A stretch of DNA of 59,994 nucleotides from a virus. The notes under the pieces are model-generated. The model did not search any database and was not told where the DNA came from. It worked only from the letters and a program-made list of their open reading frames with translations. Each line of letters opens with the position of its first letter. Position 1 is the stretch's first letter. The stretch covers positions 78,387 to 138,380 of the IMG/VR virus record IMGVR_UViG_3300009514_000004; one strand, written 5' to 3'. Positions 9,674 to 20,098 of the stretch are shown piece after piece. Made by a program: the position numbers and the translations under genes.

Positions 9674-10924
9674 ATGCCACAACCACCAATGCTGGTAGAC
9701 GCCGTTCAGATCGAACCTGGGTCCGGCGACACGCTCCTCATCGAGAGGGACGCGACAACCGGCGCGATGACGTTCAGGGACGCGGTCATCACGACCCCGA
9801 TCACCCTGCAACAGATCGCCGGCCTCCCTTCGATCGAGAACATCATCACCGTCGGCAAGTCGGGCGCCGGGGCGCAGTACACGACCGTCACCGCCGCCCT
9901 GGCGACCATCCCCGCGACGGCCGGCCCGACCAACCCCTACCTCGTCCTGGTGGGCCCCGGCGTCTACAAGGAGACCTTCAACATCGTCCGGGACCACGTC
10001 ACCATCGTCGGTCTCGGCGGCGTCACCTTCCAGTCCCTCGCTGAGGACACCCCCAACGGCGTAGGCGCCGACAACACCGTCATCATCCACGCTGACCTGG
10101 GCACCATCCCCCGGCATGTGGTCCTGCGGAACCTGACCATCACCAACTCCCACGACCTGAAGTCCTGCGTCCGCGTCGTCGGTGCCGCGGCCTCGACGGT
10201 CGGTGCCGACATCATCCGCCTGGAGAACTGCTTCCTTCAGGCCACCGGGGCCGGGTACCCAATCCGGGCGAACTCGGTCAACCACGTGCACATGTACGGC
10301 GGGTCGATGCGAGGGTCAGCGTCCACCTCGCTTGTCTTGGCCGAGGAGTGCGCCAGCGTCCGCCTTCAGGACGTGGCCGAGACCACCGCACTTCAGCTCG
10401 ACTACGACACCACCGGGGACACCCCCTCGGCGGTGGGGTGCGACTACCGGATCCACGGTAGCGCTCAGGTGGCCATCGGCACTGCGCTGTCGCCACCGGT
10501 CAGCTCGACCCTCTCTGGCGATGGGCAGCTGACCCTGTCCAGCTGCGGCGAGGTCGGTGACGTCACGGTCGACGGCGACAGGTCGGTCCTGGTGGTGGGC
10601 TCCACGATCGGCGACCTGACCCTCAGCTCGACGACGGCGGGGACCCTGGTCGCGTCGAAGCGCGGCACGGCGACGGGGGCGACGGCCACCCTCGAGGAGC
10701 CTGTCCTTCGTGGCGGGGCTTCGTTCGCCGCATCGGCCTCGGAGGCGGTCGTCTTCGGTGTTCCGATGCCCGACGACGACTACACCGTGGGTCTCGAGCT
10801 GTTGGCCTCCCCTGGTTCGGAGAACACCTACATCACCAGCAAGAGTGCCACGGGGTTCACCATCAACTTCACTAGCGCTGTCACCTTGGATGTGGAGTGG
10901 ACAGCCATTCGGAGCTTCAGCTGA
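9674..10924 (+). CDS. virion protein with pectin-lyase-like beta-helix and C-terminal beta-sandwich
   Basis: VGKSG.GAQYTTV.AAL...LVLVGPGVYKE N-cap motif of right-handed beta-helix proteins. Confidence 0.65.
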   Translation: MPQPPMLVDAVQIEPGSGDTLLIERDATTGAMTFRDAVITTPITLQQIAGLPSIENIITVGKSGAGAQYTTVTAALATIPATAGPTNPYLVLVGPGVYKETFNIVRDHVTIVGLGGVTFQSLAEDTPNGVGADNTVIIHADLGTIPRHVVLRNLTITNSHDLKSCVRVVGAAASTVGADIIRLENCFLQATGAGYPIRANSVNHVHMYGGSMRGSASTSLVLAEECASVRLQDVAETTALQLDYDTTGDTPSAVGCDYRIHGSAQVAIGTALSPPVSSTLSGDGQLTLSSCGEVGDVTVDGDRSVLVVGSTIGDLTLSSTTAGTLVASKRGTATGATATLEEPVLRGGASFAASASEAVVFGVPMPDDDYTVGLELLASPGSENTYITSKSATGFTINFTSAVTLDVEWTAIRSFS

Positions 10925-10932
10925 GGTGCAGC

Positions 10933-11496
10933 ATGAGTGATTTCCGCGACGATTTCTGGGACAACGCCAACAGCTTCTTCGTCGATGAGCGGACGGCCAA
11001 CACCGTCGACGAGTACCTCCAGAACGAGTTCGGGGGAGAGCAGGCAAGGTCCGTCCGAGCCCTGGTTGCCTCCCAGGCGCCCGAGGACATCTGGAAGGGC
11101 GGCATCCGCGTGTCTTTCGACACCGAGAACCTGGAGGCGCTGCTGACCTACTCCGACGTCCCCGACCCTGGGACTTTGGGCACTGTGGTCACAGTGCGGA
11201 CAGGCAACGGCGACACCACGATCGACAACGATCGCGTGTTCGTCCTCTGGGACGACGGCAAGTTCCGAGCCATCCAGGCTGACCACCTGACCATCGAGTC
11301 GGCCCGCAAGACGGCCAACGCTGTCCGCATGGTCGTGGCCGATCTCGGCGACCTCTCGGCGTTTTTCGTCTCTGGGTCCTCGGGTGAAGACCTGGTCCAC
11401 AAAGCCACCAAGGACCTGTGGTCTCTGCGCAAGGACGGCGACAACTACGTGGTCGAGCGCCTGTTCAGCGAAGACGGCGAACCCCTCAAGGTGTGA
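10933..11496 (+). CDS. hypothetical virion-associated protein
   Basis: GAGG RBS, RTA/KTA motifs, C-terminal LVHKATKDLW...ERLF. Confidence 0.7.
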   Translation: MSDFRDDFWDNANSFFVDERTANTVDEYLQNEFGGEQARSVRALVASQAPEDIWKGGIRVSFDTENLEALLTYSDVPDPGTLGTVVTVRTGNGDTTIDNDRVFVLWDDGKFRAIQADHLTIESARKTANAVRMVVADLGDLSAFFVSGSSGEDLVHKATKDLWSLRKDGDNYVVERLFSEDGEPLKV

Positions 11497-11498
11497 TT

Positions 11499-12155
11499 AT
11501 GGATCTTCGGAACCGACTTCTGAAGCTGGCTCACGACAACCCTCCCCTGCGCCGGGTCCTCTTGCCCCTTTTACGCGAGGCTGACACGTCGTTGACGGGG
11601 AAGGCCTTCGAAAACGATGACATCCGGTACCACGTGTACCGGTCGTCCGTGCGGGTATGGGATCTCACCAATGCTGGAAAGCGCGGCAAGAAGGTCGACT
11701 ATTTCGCGCTCTACGACATCGACATGGTGCGTGACCCTGAGCTGAGCAAGAAGGTTGAGCAGTGGGCCTTCCGACTCCGCACCATGAACTACCGGCAAGC
11801 GCTTCGGGCGGCCCAGGAGTTGGCGTTCGAGGGTGGCGATTACCCACCCAAGATTTCCCAACAGCAGGAGAAAGGTGTCCGGATCACCCCAGCTGGGTTC
11901 AAGCCTCTTCGAGTGCGCGGGCGGGGAGTTCTCGTGGAGTCTGAGTGGGACTCCTTCCGTGTCCGAGATCTTCTGGACACCAACAACGACCCCACGTGCA
12001 TCCCTGCTTTCAAGGGCGGCAAGAAGGATGTCAAGGTTTTCTACCGGTGGGTCCGTGACAACGAGTCGGCCATCAAGCGGATGGACTTCAGACAGGTCCT
12101 CAAGCACATGGACCAGAACAACATCCGGTACCACTACTACTGCGCGATGGACTAG
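11499..12155 (+). CDS. putative capsid-internal protein with shared leader (paralogue of 37827)
   Basis: MDLRNRLLKLAHDNPPLRRVLLPLLREA leader; start reassigned from 11418. Confidence 0.7.
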   Translation: MDLRNRLLKLAHDNPPLRRVLLPLLREADTSLTGKAFENDDIRYHVYRSSVRVWDLTNAGKRGKKVDYFALYDIDMVRDPELSKKVEQWAFRLRTMNYRQALRAAQELAFEGGDYPPKISQQQEKGVRITPAGFKPLRVRGRGVLVESEWDSFRVRDLLDTNNDPTCIPAFKGGKKDVKVFYRWVRDNESAIKRMDFRQVLKHMDQNNIRYHYYCAMD

Positions 12156-12172
12156 AGGCCTCAACGGGGCGC

Positions 12173-12202
12173 AATTGCTGGCCTATACGCTCCGACCAAT
12201 AG
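12173..12202 (+). promoter_or_regulatory. putative late promoter
   Basis: AAT-tgctggc-CTAT-N13-TAG. Confidence 0.6.
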
Positions 12203-12217
12203 AACCGCGAGGTTTGC

Positions 12218-13366
12218 ATGAGCGCCCACCTTCGACAAATCCTTATCCAAGCAGCCCACGAGAACCCGGCTCTGCGCAAGGCGCTGGTGCCGGTTCTCAG
12301 GGCCAGCTGGGATCCCGGCGATGTGGTTCCCGAAGGGTACGACACGGGCGGGAAGGTGCGTCGAGAGCATGACGACGTCGGGGTCGGGTCCCAGGTGCCG
12401 CCGGCGCACGATCACAAGGGCAACCCCATCGCGGTCGACGGCGAGTTCGAGAAGGCCGCCATGCGGGTCCTCGGCAAGGACAGCCTGACCCCGGTGCTCG
12501 GCCTCCTGGAGGCCGGCGTCATGTCTCGGGTGGGCTACATCGGCCGGATCCTCGACCAACGATTTCGAGCCAAGGTGGCCGGGTACAAGGGTGGCCTGAA
12601 GCTCCGTATGTCCTTGGACCCAACCCGAAGGAAGTGGGTCATCCGGGGAGCGATGGAGCACACGCCAGGTTCCCGCCAAGAGATCCTTGAGGTCCTCGGC
12701 GAGCTTGGCGACGTGACCTTGTCGACGAAGCCGGTCGGGCTCCGGAAGCGCGGCAAGTTCGCGGACATCCCCCACGGCTCCGAGTTCTTCCTGCTCAACC
12801 CCTACTATGGTGACCTGACCTACAAGTCGCCGGTCATCCGCGTCGGCAAGAACCTCACGACGATGTCGACCATGTCCCGGACGGCCGGTGAGGTCCGGTT
12901 CATCAAGGACAAAAGCGGCGACGAGAAGCAGTGGGGCTGGGCCAACACAGGCCCCAGCGAGCGGGAAATCACGCCCGATTACCAGTTCCGGCCGACCAAG
13001 CTGAAGCCGCTGGCAAAGACCCTACGTGCCAGCCTCGCGGCCCTCGGGCACGCGATGAGCGCCTACCACACCTTCTCGAAGATCAAGTCGGCGACGGTCA
13101 GCCCAGACGGGAGCCTGGGTGGCAAGGGCTACATCCAGAAGATCAGTGAGATGCGGCGCCAGTTCATGAACGTCGTCGAGGGCCTTTCGGCGCTGACCGA
13201 CACCATCTACGACGAGCTTCAAGCGCCGCACTGGAACCCCGCGGTCAAGTCGCAGGGCGTGCGTGAGCGCGAGAAGGTCAAGGAGATCCTCCAGGACGCC
13301 GAAGAGATCCGGGAAGACCCGGAAGGATGGGCGAAAGAGGAGGAAGAGGAGATGAGCGGTGAGTGA
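12218..13366 (+). CDS. putative capsid-internal multi-segment protein with shared leader
   Basis: MSAHLRQILIQAAHENPALRKALVPVLRA leader; internal EKAA, GKFA, SRTA sites. Confidence 0.7.
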   Translation: MSAHLRQILIQAAHENPALRKALVPVLRASWDPGDVVPEGYDTGGKVRREHDDVGVGSQVPPAHDHKGNPIAVDGEFEKAAMRVLGKDSLTPVLGLLEAGVMSRVGYIGRILDQRFRAKVAGYKGGLKLRMSLDPTRRKWVIRGAMEHTPGSRQEILEVLGELGDVTLSTKPVGLRKRGKFADIPHGSEFFLLNPYYGDLTYKSPVIRVGKNLTTMSTMSRTAGEVRFIKDKSGDEKQWGWANTGPSEREITPDYQFRPTKLKPLAKTLRASLAALGHAMSAYHTFSKIKSATVSPDGSLGGKGYIQKISEMRRQFMNVVEGLSALTDTIYDELQAPHWNPAVKSQGVREREKVKEILQDAEEIREDPEGWAKEEEEEMSGE

Positions 13367-15602
13367 AGACCTTCTAGCTGAGCTGTGGGTCGAAGCCGAC
13401 TCCACAATCCCCTCGGACGACAAGACCCCCTCAATGGGATCTCGATTCCTTCTGGACGGGTTCGATTTCGAGCAAGAAGACAACGAGGGGGTTCTCGACC
13501 GCGCCCGGCTCCCGGAGGTTCGTGGCCTTTCGGGTCTCCCGGACGGGCTCATCCAGACGGCAGCTGACGAAGATGCCTTCAGCGTCACCCTCGGCCACGA
13601 CAGCTTCGACCTGGCCGATGAAGACGGCATGGGTCTCGAGGAGCTGATGAAGGAGGCCGCCCTCCCCAACCTCGACTGGCTCGACCCCACCCAGTTCCAA
13701 GACCCCGAGCGGCTGCCGGAGAACCCGGTGGATAAGGGCATCCCCGAGCTGGAAGAGGCCTGGGGCCGTGACCTCAGCACCAGCGGGCTGGGCCTGGTGC
13801 CCAACATCGACAAGGAGGTCGCCGACTACCAGCAGTCCATCCAAGAGGGCCCCAAGTCCGATCTCCCAGGCGCCCCAGAAGACAGCCGCAACGCCCACCT
13901 GGTCACCTCGACCCTCCAGAAGGTCGCACGCCAGGCGATGCGGGAGTCACACGCGGGTCGGCCCATCGAAGGCATTCTGCGGCGCGCGGCCCTCGAGCTG
14001 GGTGAGCTGGCACCGCGAGCTTACGAGGTGATGAAGGTCATCGCCAAGCGGCACGGGCTGGCGGGAAACGTTTTCGTCCAGTCGGCCGCGTTCCCTGGAC
14101 TCCTCCAAGGCAAGTGGGACGAGTTCCTCAAGAAGCACGCGAAATCGGCCAAGTACATCCTGGCGCCAAAGGACTCCAAGGTCGCCCAGGTGGACACGTA
14201 CCTCGGCAAGAGGGTGGTGACCAAGGTCCCGTGGAAGAAGGCCTTGGCGCACTACGGCCCACGGCTGGAGGCTTCCGGTCACAAGGTGGCTTCGGACCTG
14301 AAGCCGCGGGAGTCCCTCCGCCGCGCGTTCCGATCGCAGCCGCAGAAGGCCGAGCGCGCCGTCCTGGACGGCAAGCCAATCGACCAGAGGCCGGCGGACC
14401 GTGTCTCCACCGAGGAGGCTTTCGAGGAGCTGGCTCAGGCTCCCAAGGACGAGCCCAAGAAGATCGCCAAGACCGGCGACCCCAAGGTCGCGTTCGTGGC
14501 TAAGCAGCTCGACCGCTGGCACAAGGCCGGACTGTTGTCCTCCGAGGCGGTCCTCAACATCAAGTCACGCGATCTGGCCCCCCGCGCGAAGCTCAAGCTG
14601 GCGGCGAAGGTCATCGCCACCAACCGGAAGCTGTCGAAGTACCACGGCAGCGGTGTCGACATCCTCACACCCGTCGTCGACGTCTCGGTGGTCGAGGCGT
14701 TCAAGGAGCTGCGGGCCGCCGGGGACACCCCCGAGCGTCAGCAGCGCGAGTTCGAGCAGGCGCGACGGGCCAAGGTGGCTAAGGTCATCAACCGCATGGC
14801 GACGACCGGGCTGCTGTCCAAAAAGGACGCCGCCCGCATTCTGGCGCTCGACAAGACCGCCGATGAGCTTCTCGAGGTGGCCTCGGTACTGGCGCGCACC
14901 CCACGTGAGACTGCTCTGCCCAAGTCGGAGGAAGCTCGCGAGTTCCAAGGACCCGTTCTGACTCGAGCTGCGCAGCAGGCCAAGCCTGCCAAAGACTTCT
15001 CTCCCGAGCAGCTGCGGGTCATGGCGGCGGCGAAAGAGAGCGGTATCGCCTCCGGGGAGTTCCGGACCTTGCTTCGGGTGGTCCGGCGGGCGATGAGCGA
15101 GGGGGTGGCTGGCAAGCCGCTGGACGAGTTCCTTCGGGTACGGTTCTCCCCGCCTCTCCTGAAAGCTGCCAGCCACCTCCTCCACGACCTCCGTGACCAG
15201 CACGAGGGGCTCGCCGGCCATCTCTACGTCGACGCCTCGGCCTACGCCACCAAGAAAGGCATCAAGGGCTGCGACAAGGGTGGCCTCCAACACCGCGGCA
15301 ACCCCATCAAGTTCGTCATGGCGATGGAGCGCTGCGGCTCGTGCGTGCACGCCAACGCCAACGGTCGGTGCACGAAGTACAAGAAGCACCTCGTGTCCTC
15401 GGTTCCGGTCGAGGACCCCAAGGCCTACCAGACCGAGATGATTCGGCTGGCCAACGGCACCGACGCGGACATGACGGCGTCGCTGTACGACCCGACCGAG
15501 TACGGCCTCCGCAACGAGCCTCTCGAGGAGGTCACGATCGGCGACCACGGGGCCACCCAAGAGTCTCTGGGTGAGGTCCTCTTCGGAGGTTTCGAGCTGT
15601 GA
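13359..15602 (+). CDS. large head-associated protein, Cys-rich C-terminus
   Basis: 747 aa, acidic N-terminus, KEA/KVA sites, C-terminal CGSC...C motif. Confidence 0.7.
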   Translation: MSEDLLAELWVEADSTIPSDDKTPSMGSRFLLDGFDFEQEDNEGVLDRARLPEVRGLSGLPDGLIQTAADEDAFSVTLGHDSFDLADEDGMGLEELMKEAALPNLDWLDPTQFQDPERLPENPVDKGIPELEEAWGRDLSTSGLGLVPNIDKEVADYQQSIQEGPKSDLPGAPEDSRNAHLVTSTLQKVARQAMRESHAGRPIEGILRRAALELGELAPRAYEVMKVIAKRHGLAGNVFVQSAAFPGLLQGKWDEFLKKHAKSAKYILAPKDSKVAQVDTYLGKRVVTKVPWKKALAHYGPRLEASGHKVASDLKPRESLRRAFRSQPQKAERAVLDGKPIDQRPADRVSTEEAFEELAQAPKDEPKKIAKTGDPKVAFVAKQLDRWHKAGLLSSEAVLNIKSRDLAPRAKLKLAAKVIATNRKLSKYHGSGVDILTPVVDVSVVEAFKELRAAGDTPERQQREFEQARRAKVAKVINRMATTGLLSKKDAARILALDKTADELLEVASVLARTPRETALPKSEEAREFQGPVLTRAAQQAKPAKDFSPEQLRVMAAAKESGIASGEFRTLLRVVRRAMSEGVAGKPLDEFLRVRFSPPLLKAASHLLHDLRDQHEGLAGHLYVDASAYATKKGIKGCDKGGLQHRGNPIKFVMAMERCGSCVHANANGRCTKYKKHLVSSVPVEDPKAYQTEMIRLANGTDADMTASLYDPTEYGLRNEPLEEVTIGDHGATQESLGEVLFGGFEL

Positions 15603-16315
15603 CCCAATCACCCTCCGTTGCTCGGGTTGTGGCGCGCCACCTGGCGCCCCGGCGGGTGGTCGACGCCTACCTGAAGAGCCCGAGCGACAACAAGAAGGAC
15701 GAAATCAACATGAGGGAGTTCCTTTGCGAACTCCTGGGCTGCCTCAAGGCGATCTACTGGGCGCACTGGACCGCTCACTGGCAGTGCGCCGGCGACAGCT
15801 CATACGCCGACCACCTGATGTTCGGCCGGATGTACGAGGCCACTGTCGACGAGATCGACACCCTGGCCGAGAAAGCTGTCGGGTACTTCGGACCGTCGGC
15901 GGTCGACCCGCTCAAGGTCACCGAGATCGAGCTGCGTCATCTGTCGAAGTGGCCCCACGTCGACCACGTCAAGAAGGCCCTGCTGTGTGAGCAGGCGCTG
16001 CTGGACTACCTGTCGGCGCTGTACGACACCATCAAGAACCTCAACATGATGACGCTCGGCCTCGACGACTTCATCATGTCGCTGGCCAGCGCCCACGAGA
16101 CCAACGTCTACCTGCTCCAGCAGCGCCTGGGAGGCAAGGTCGCCTCCCATCACGAGCATCACCACTGCGACTGCCCGTGCGGTGACCACGACCATCACCA
16201 CGAGCACGGTCACCACCATGACCACGGTCACGAAGACGACCGTGTCGCGCTGACCAACCTGGAGAAGAGCTGGGGTGGGTACTCCACGTTCGCCCCGAGG
16301 AGGGATGCGCAGTGA
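15599..16315 (+). CDS. Dps/ferritin-like protein with His-rich tail
   Basis: HWTAHWQ..G..YADHLMF...YE...IDTLAE ferroxidase-like motif; 15 His within 32 residues near the C-terminus. Confidence 0.75.
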   Translation: MTQSPSVARVVARHLAPRRVVDAYLKSPSDNKKDEINMREFLCELLGCLKAIYWAHWTAHWQCAGDSSYADHLMFGRMYEATVDEIDTLAEKAVGYFGPSAVDPLKVTEIELRHLSKWPHVDHVKKALLCEQALLDYLSALYDTIKNLNMMTLGLDDFIMSLASAHETNVYLLQQRLGGKVASHHEHHHCDCPCGDHDHHHEHGHHHDHGHEDDRVALTNLEKSWGGYSTFAPRRDAQ

Positions 16316-16833
16316 AACGGTACATGACCCACGGCCCGGCCTTCACCATGCTGGTCGGCACGCTGAGCCATCCCTCGGACCCGAGCGCCAACATCGACCC
16401 CAAGGTCATCAAGGCCCACGGGTGGACGACACAGCAGCTCAAGGAGCACCCGGCCGGCGGCGGTCTCACCGGAGGCATTGTCCCCGACGCGCCCAAACCG
16501 ACGCTCCAGGGTGTCATCACGGTCGATGACAACGACTTCTCCACAGGTCAGGCGCAGGTCACCGTCGGCGAGCGCACGATCGTTGCCGGCCTCGATTACC
16601 TGGTGGGTGGGTCGGTCGACGCTACCGCGACCAACCTGGCGGCGGTTTTGGACGCCATCCCGGGCATCTCGGCCGCTGCCGTGGGTCCGGATGTGACGGT
16701 CGACGTCCCCTACATGATCGGCCAGGTGGATTTCCTGACGTTCCACCTGGGCACCATCACCAATTTCCTCCTCAGCCCCACAACGGGCTCTCTGTCGCCT
16801 ACAGCAGCGGTGTTGAGTCCCCCCGTGTTCTAG
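16312..16833 (+). CDS. hypothetical structural protein
   Basis: ATATNLAA motif typical of virion Ig-like/sheath-associated domains; overlap with previous gene. Confidence 0.6.
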   Translation: MKRYMTHGPAFTMLVGTLSHPSDPSANIDPKVIKAHGWTTQQLKEHPAGGGLTGGIVPDAPKPTLQGVITVDDNDFSTGQAQVTVGERTIVAGLDYLVGGSVDATATNLAAVLDAIPGISAAAVGPDVTVDVPYMIGQVDFLTFHLGTITNFLLSPTTGSLSPTAAVLSPPVF

Positions 16834-16842
16834 GGGGTCCAC

Positions 16843-17517
16843 GTGAAGAAACAACGACCGACCGAGAAGAAAGCCATCCTCAAGAACCTGGATGGTCTGG
16901 TGACCCGCATCCGGGTTCTCGACAAGGACGGCAAGCAGCGCTGGCGGAAACGGGACCAGGTCAAGGATTCCGACCGAATCGAGCTGAACGCCGCAGGGCA
17001 ACCCCACGTGATGAGGGGCAAGCCGGGCCGCGCTTACAAGCCGAACATCGAGGCTGTCAGCGCAACAGTAAAGGAGCTGAAGGAGCGCAAGAGCCAGTCG
17101 ATCGCCACCAACCCGCTGGTCAAGGCGGTCGCCGACACCCCCAACTCCCCCGACGTCCTTCAGTACATCATGCAGGGCATGGCCACCGAGGCGGCCAGCT
17201 TGGCCTTCGAGCGCAGCGAAGCCGAGCGGAAAGGTGAGGGCACCAGCACCATCTCGACGCGGATGATCACCGCGTACAACTCCATCGCGAACACCTGGCT
17301 CAAACGGATGGAGCAGCTCGGTAGCGGAGGCAGCCTCGAGCTGGACTCCCCGGGCACCCAGGCGCTGCTCGCGTTCCTGTTCGAGACCGTTCGGGAGGCG
17401 ATGGCGGCCGCGGGCCTCCGGCGTGAGATGGCCGACACCATCTTCGCGAACATGGCCGCGAAGATGAACGACAAAGGGTGGGAGTCCGAAGCCCGGCGTC
17501 GCATCAAGAACGCCTGA
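16843..17517 (+). CDS. hypothetical protein, candidate terminase small subunit
   Basis: Helical 224-aa protein immediately upstream of the large terminase (positional inference). Confidence 0.45.
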   Translation: MKKQRPTEKKAILKNLDGLVTRIRVLDKDGKQRWRKRDQVKDSDRIELNAAGQPHVMRGKPGRAYKPNIEAVSATVKELKERKSQSIATNPLVKAVADTPNSPDVLQYIMQGMATEAASLAFERSEAERKGEGTSTISTRMITAYNSIANTWLKRMEQLGSGGSLELDSPGTQALLAFLFETVREAMAAAGLRREMADTIFANMAAKMNDKGWESEARRRIKNA

Positions 17518-17528
17518 ACGGGGGTGGT

Positions 17529-19490
17529 ATGGCTATCGGTTTAGGTGATCTGGCACTTCGCTCCGGCAAGAAGTCCGACGAGCAGAAAGACGATGTCGTC
17601 GACATCATCACGTTCATCGAGGCTCCCTGGGGCCTCGGGATGCGTTTGTTCCCGGTCCAGCGGGTCATCCTGAAGGCCCACTACGGCCTCGAGCTGGACG
17701 ACAACCCCTTGGGCGTGGACATCACCAAGCCCATCCCCCTGGACCACCCCAACTACGACGAGATTACCGCTCAGGTCGGGCGAGAGAAGGGCTACTACAA
17801 GAACCGGGTCGTCGTCTCCGACTGGCGACGCACGACCTTCCAGGTGTTCACCGAGGCCGGGTACCTCCGGTACCTCCACGCCAGCGGGCGCTGCAACATC
17901 AAGGAGGTCACTCCCGGTGTCGAGCTGCGGGAGTTGGTCCTGGCCATCGGGCGCCGCTCCGGAAAGACGCTGCTGGCCTCGTGCATCGCGGCTTACGAGA
18001 ACTACAAGCTGCTGTCCAAGGGCAACCCCCAGGCTTACTACGGCCTGCCCGAGGGCGACAACGTCATGATCACCTCGGTGGCGACCGACAAGGACCAGGC
18101 GGGGCTGCTCTACGCCGGCGTGTCGAACCACTTCCGCAAGTGCGCCTTTTTCAGGCCGTTCACCGCCAACAACACCCAGTCGTACGCGCGCTTCCAGACA
18201 CCGCTCGACATCGAGCGGTACGGGACCTACAGCGACGACCCCAAGACGTCCAAGGCCTCGATCAAGGTCACGTTCAAGAGCTGCATCGCCAAAGGCCTCC
18301 GCGGGCCCGGCAACATCGTCATCATCCTCGACGAGATCGCGCACTTCACCGACGCGGGGCAGTCGTCGGCCGAGGAGGTCTACAAGGCCATCACGCCGTC
18401 GATTTCGGCGTTCACGCCCAAGGATCCCGAGGACCCCACCACGGCCATCGGTCCCGGCGAGGGTCGCATCATCTCCATCTCCTCGCCGCTGGGTCAGGAG
18501 GGCAAGTTCTACGAGCTGTTCCAGCAGGGGATGAAGGGCACCCGGAACTTCCTGTGCATCGAGGCGCCTACCTGGGAGGTCAACCCGACCGTCCCCGAGG
18601 AGGAGTTCGAGAAGCACTACCTGAAAGACCCGCGAACCTTCTTCATCGAGTTCGGCGCCGAGTTCTCCCCACGTGGTCGCGGCTGGATTGAGGACCCCAA
18701 GGACCTGCTGGACTGCGTCGACCCAGGGCTGCGGCCGAAGTTTCGCGCGCCTGCGCGCGTGCCTCATTTCATGGGCATCGACTTCGCGCTCAAGGGCGAC
18801 GCGACCGCGATCGCCATCGGGCACGTCAACGACCAGAAACGCATCGTTCTGGACTGCGTCGAGCAAATCAAGGCCGGCGAGGGCGACTACGACACCTACG
18901 ACCGGCTCGACTTTGAGGAGGTCGCCGACTGGATCCACGGGTTCAGCAAGCGCTTTTTCATCGCCGAGGGGATGTTCGACACCTGGTCGGGCATCGTGTT
19001 CGAGCAGGCGCTCCACAAGCGGGGGCTGACCCAGCTGAAATCGGTCAACCTGACTCGCCAGGAATCCTCGAAGCTGTGGTTCAACTTCAAGGACCTCATG
19101 TGGGACCAGCGCGTCATCTTGTACGACTGGCCGCTGCCCGAAGGGCAGAACCACTGCCCTTACATCCAGGAGCTGCTCGAGCTACAGGAGAAGCGGCACT
19201 CCAAGCACATCATCACGGTCTCGGCACCCAAGGTCGACGGCAAGCACGACGACCGTCCCGACGCCCTTGTCCGCATGTGCTGGTTGGCGTCGAAGATCCT
19301 CGGCAACAACGCCTACATCGCCAGCCGTCGTCAGGGTGACCCGAGGGCGCAGGGAGCCCGCTCCTTGAGCGCCAAGGAGTACCGCAAGGCCTACGTCAAG
19401 ACGCGACGCGGCGGCAGCCACCCCGACCGGATGCCCAAAGGCGTCCGAGGCAAGGGCCGAACAGGGAGGACGGCCCGCGGGAGGTGGTAG
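17529..19490 (+). CDS. terL: terminase large subunit
   Basis: LFPVQ adenine-binding motif, GRRSGKT Walker A, IILDEIAHF Walker B, SSP motif, GIDFA and HDD nuclease acidic residues. Confidence 0.92.
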   Translation: MAIGLGDLALRSGKKSDEQKDDVVDIITFIEAPWGLGMRLFPVQRVILKAHYGLELDDNPLGVDITKPIPLDHPNYDEITAQVGREKGYYKNRVVVSDWRRTTFQVFTEAGYLRYLHASGRCNIKEVTPGVELRELVLAIGRRSGKTLLASCIAAYENYKLLSKGNPQAYYGLPEGDNVMITSVATDKDQAGLLYAGVSNHFRKCAFFRPFTANNTQSYARFQTPLDIERYGTYSDDPKTSKASIKVTFKSCIAKGLRGPGNIVIILDEIAHFTDAGQSSAEEVYKAITPSISAFTPKDPEDPTTAIGPGEGRIISISSPLGQEGKFYELFQQGMKGTRNFLCIEAPTWEVNPTVPEEEFEKHYLKDPRTFFIEFGAEFSPRGRGWIEDPKDLLDCVDPGLRPKFRAPARVPHFMGIDFALKGDATAIAIGHVNDQKRIVLDCVEQIKAGEGDYDTYDRLDFEEVADWIHGFSKRFFIAEGMFDTWSGIVFEQALHKRGLTQLKSVNLTRQESSKLWFNFKDLMWDQRVILYDWPLPEGQNHCPYIQELLELQEKRHSKHIITVSAPKVDGKHDDRPDALVRMCWLASKILGNNAYIASRRQGDPRAQGARSLSAKEYRKAYVKTRRGGSHPDRMPKGVRGKGRTGRTARGRW

Positions 19491-19493
19491 CGC

Positions 19494-19745
19494 ATGGGTG
19501 TGCTGTCTCCCAGGAAGCCCCTGCGAGCTGATCACCGCTTCATGAAGAAGCTGATCGGCATCGTCCTCAAGGGCAAGGTGATGCTGGTTCCCGGCGAGCT
19601 GTCGCGCGTCTCGCGGGTATTCTGTCGGTTGGGGGGCTCCTGGGAGCGCCTCTTCGCCGGCTCTGTAGAAGAGGTAGTCCGACTCCGGTACCTCCTCGAG
19701 TACGCCTACGAGCATGGCTACCTGACCAAGAAGGAGAAGTGGTGA
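19494..19745 (+). CDS. small hypothetical protein
   Basis: Tightly packed between terL and next ORF. Confidence 0.6.
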   Translation: MGVLSPRKPLRADHRFMKKLIGIVLKGKVMLVPGELSRVSRVFCRLGGSWERLFAGSVEEVVRLRYLLEYAYEHGYLTKKEKW

Positions 19746-20098
19746 GGCGGTTCAAGACGGGTCAGACGCCGGCGGAAACGGAGATGAGTAAACATCTCGC
19801 CAACGCCCGGTCGTCCCTTCAGGCGGCCTATGCGGTTGCACACAAGGCCCGTACGAACCGCCGCGTCGTGAACCGGCGCGTGGCCGAAGCCGAGTACAAG
19901 ATTCGGCGAGCCCTCGGCTCCATCGGCTCCATCCGAGGCCTCCAGCCGGCCTACGACTTGGATGACCCCGATCTGATGCCCGAGGAGGACAAGAGACCAC
20001 CCACGCCGGCAGAGGTGCCGGCCAAGGGACCGCCGCAGCTGGACAAGTTCGCGGAGGAGGCCCTCGTTTTAGGCGAAGCCGGAGAGGACGGTAGTTGA
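19739..20098 (+). CDS. hypothetical protein
   Basis: AGGAG RBS, overlaps with neighbours. Confidence 0.6.
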   Translation: MVRRFKTGQTPAETEMSKHLANARSSLQAAYAVAHKARTNRRVVNRRVAEAEYKIRRALGSIGSIRGLQPAYDLDDPDLMPEEDKRPPTPAEVPAKGPPQLDKFAEEALVLGEAGEDGS

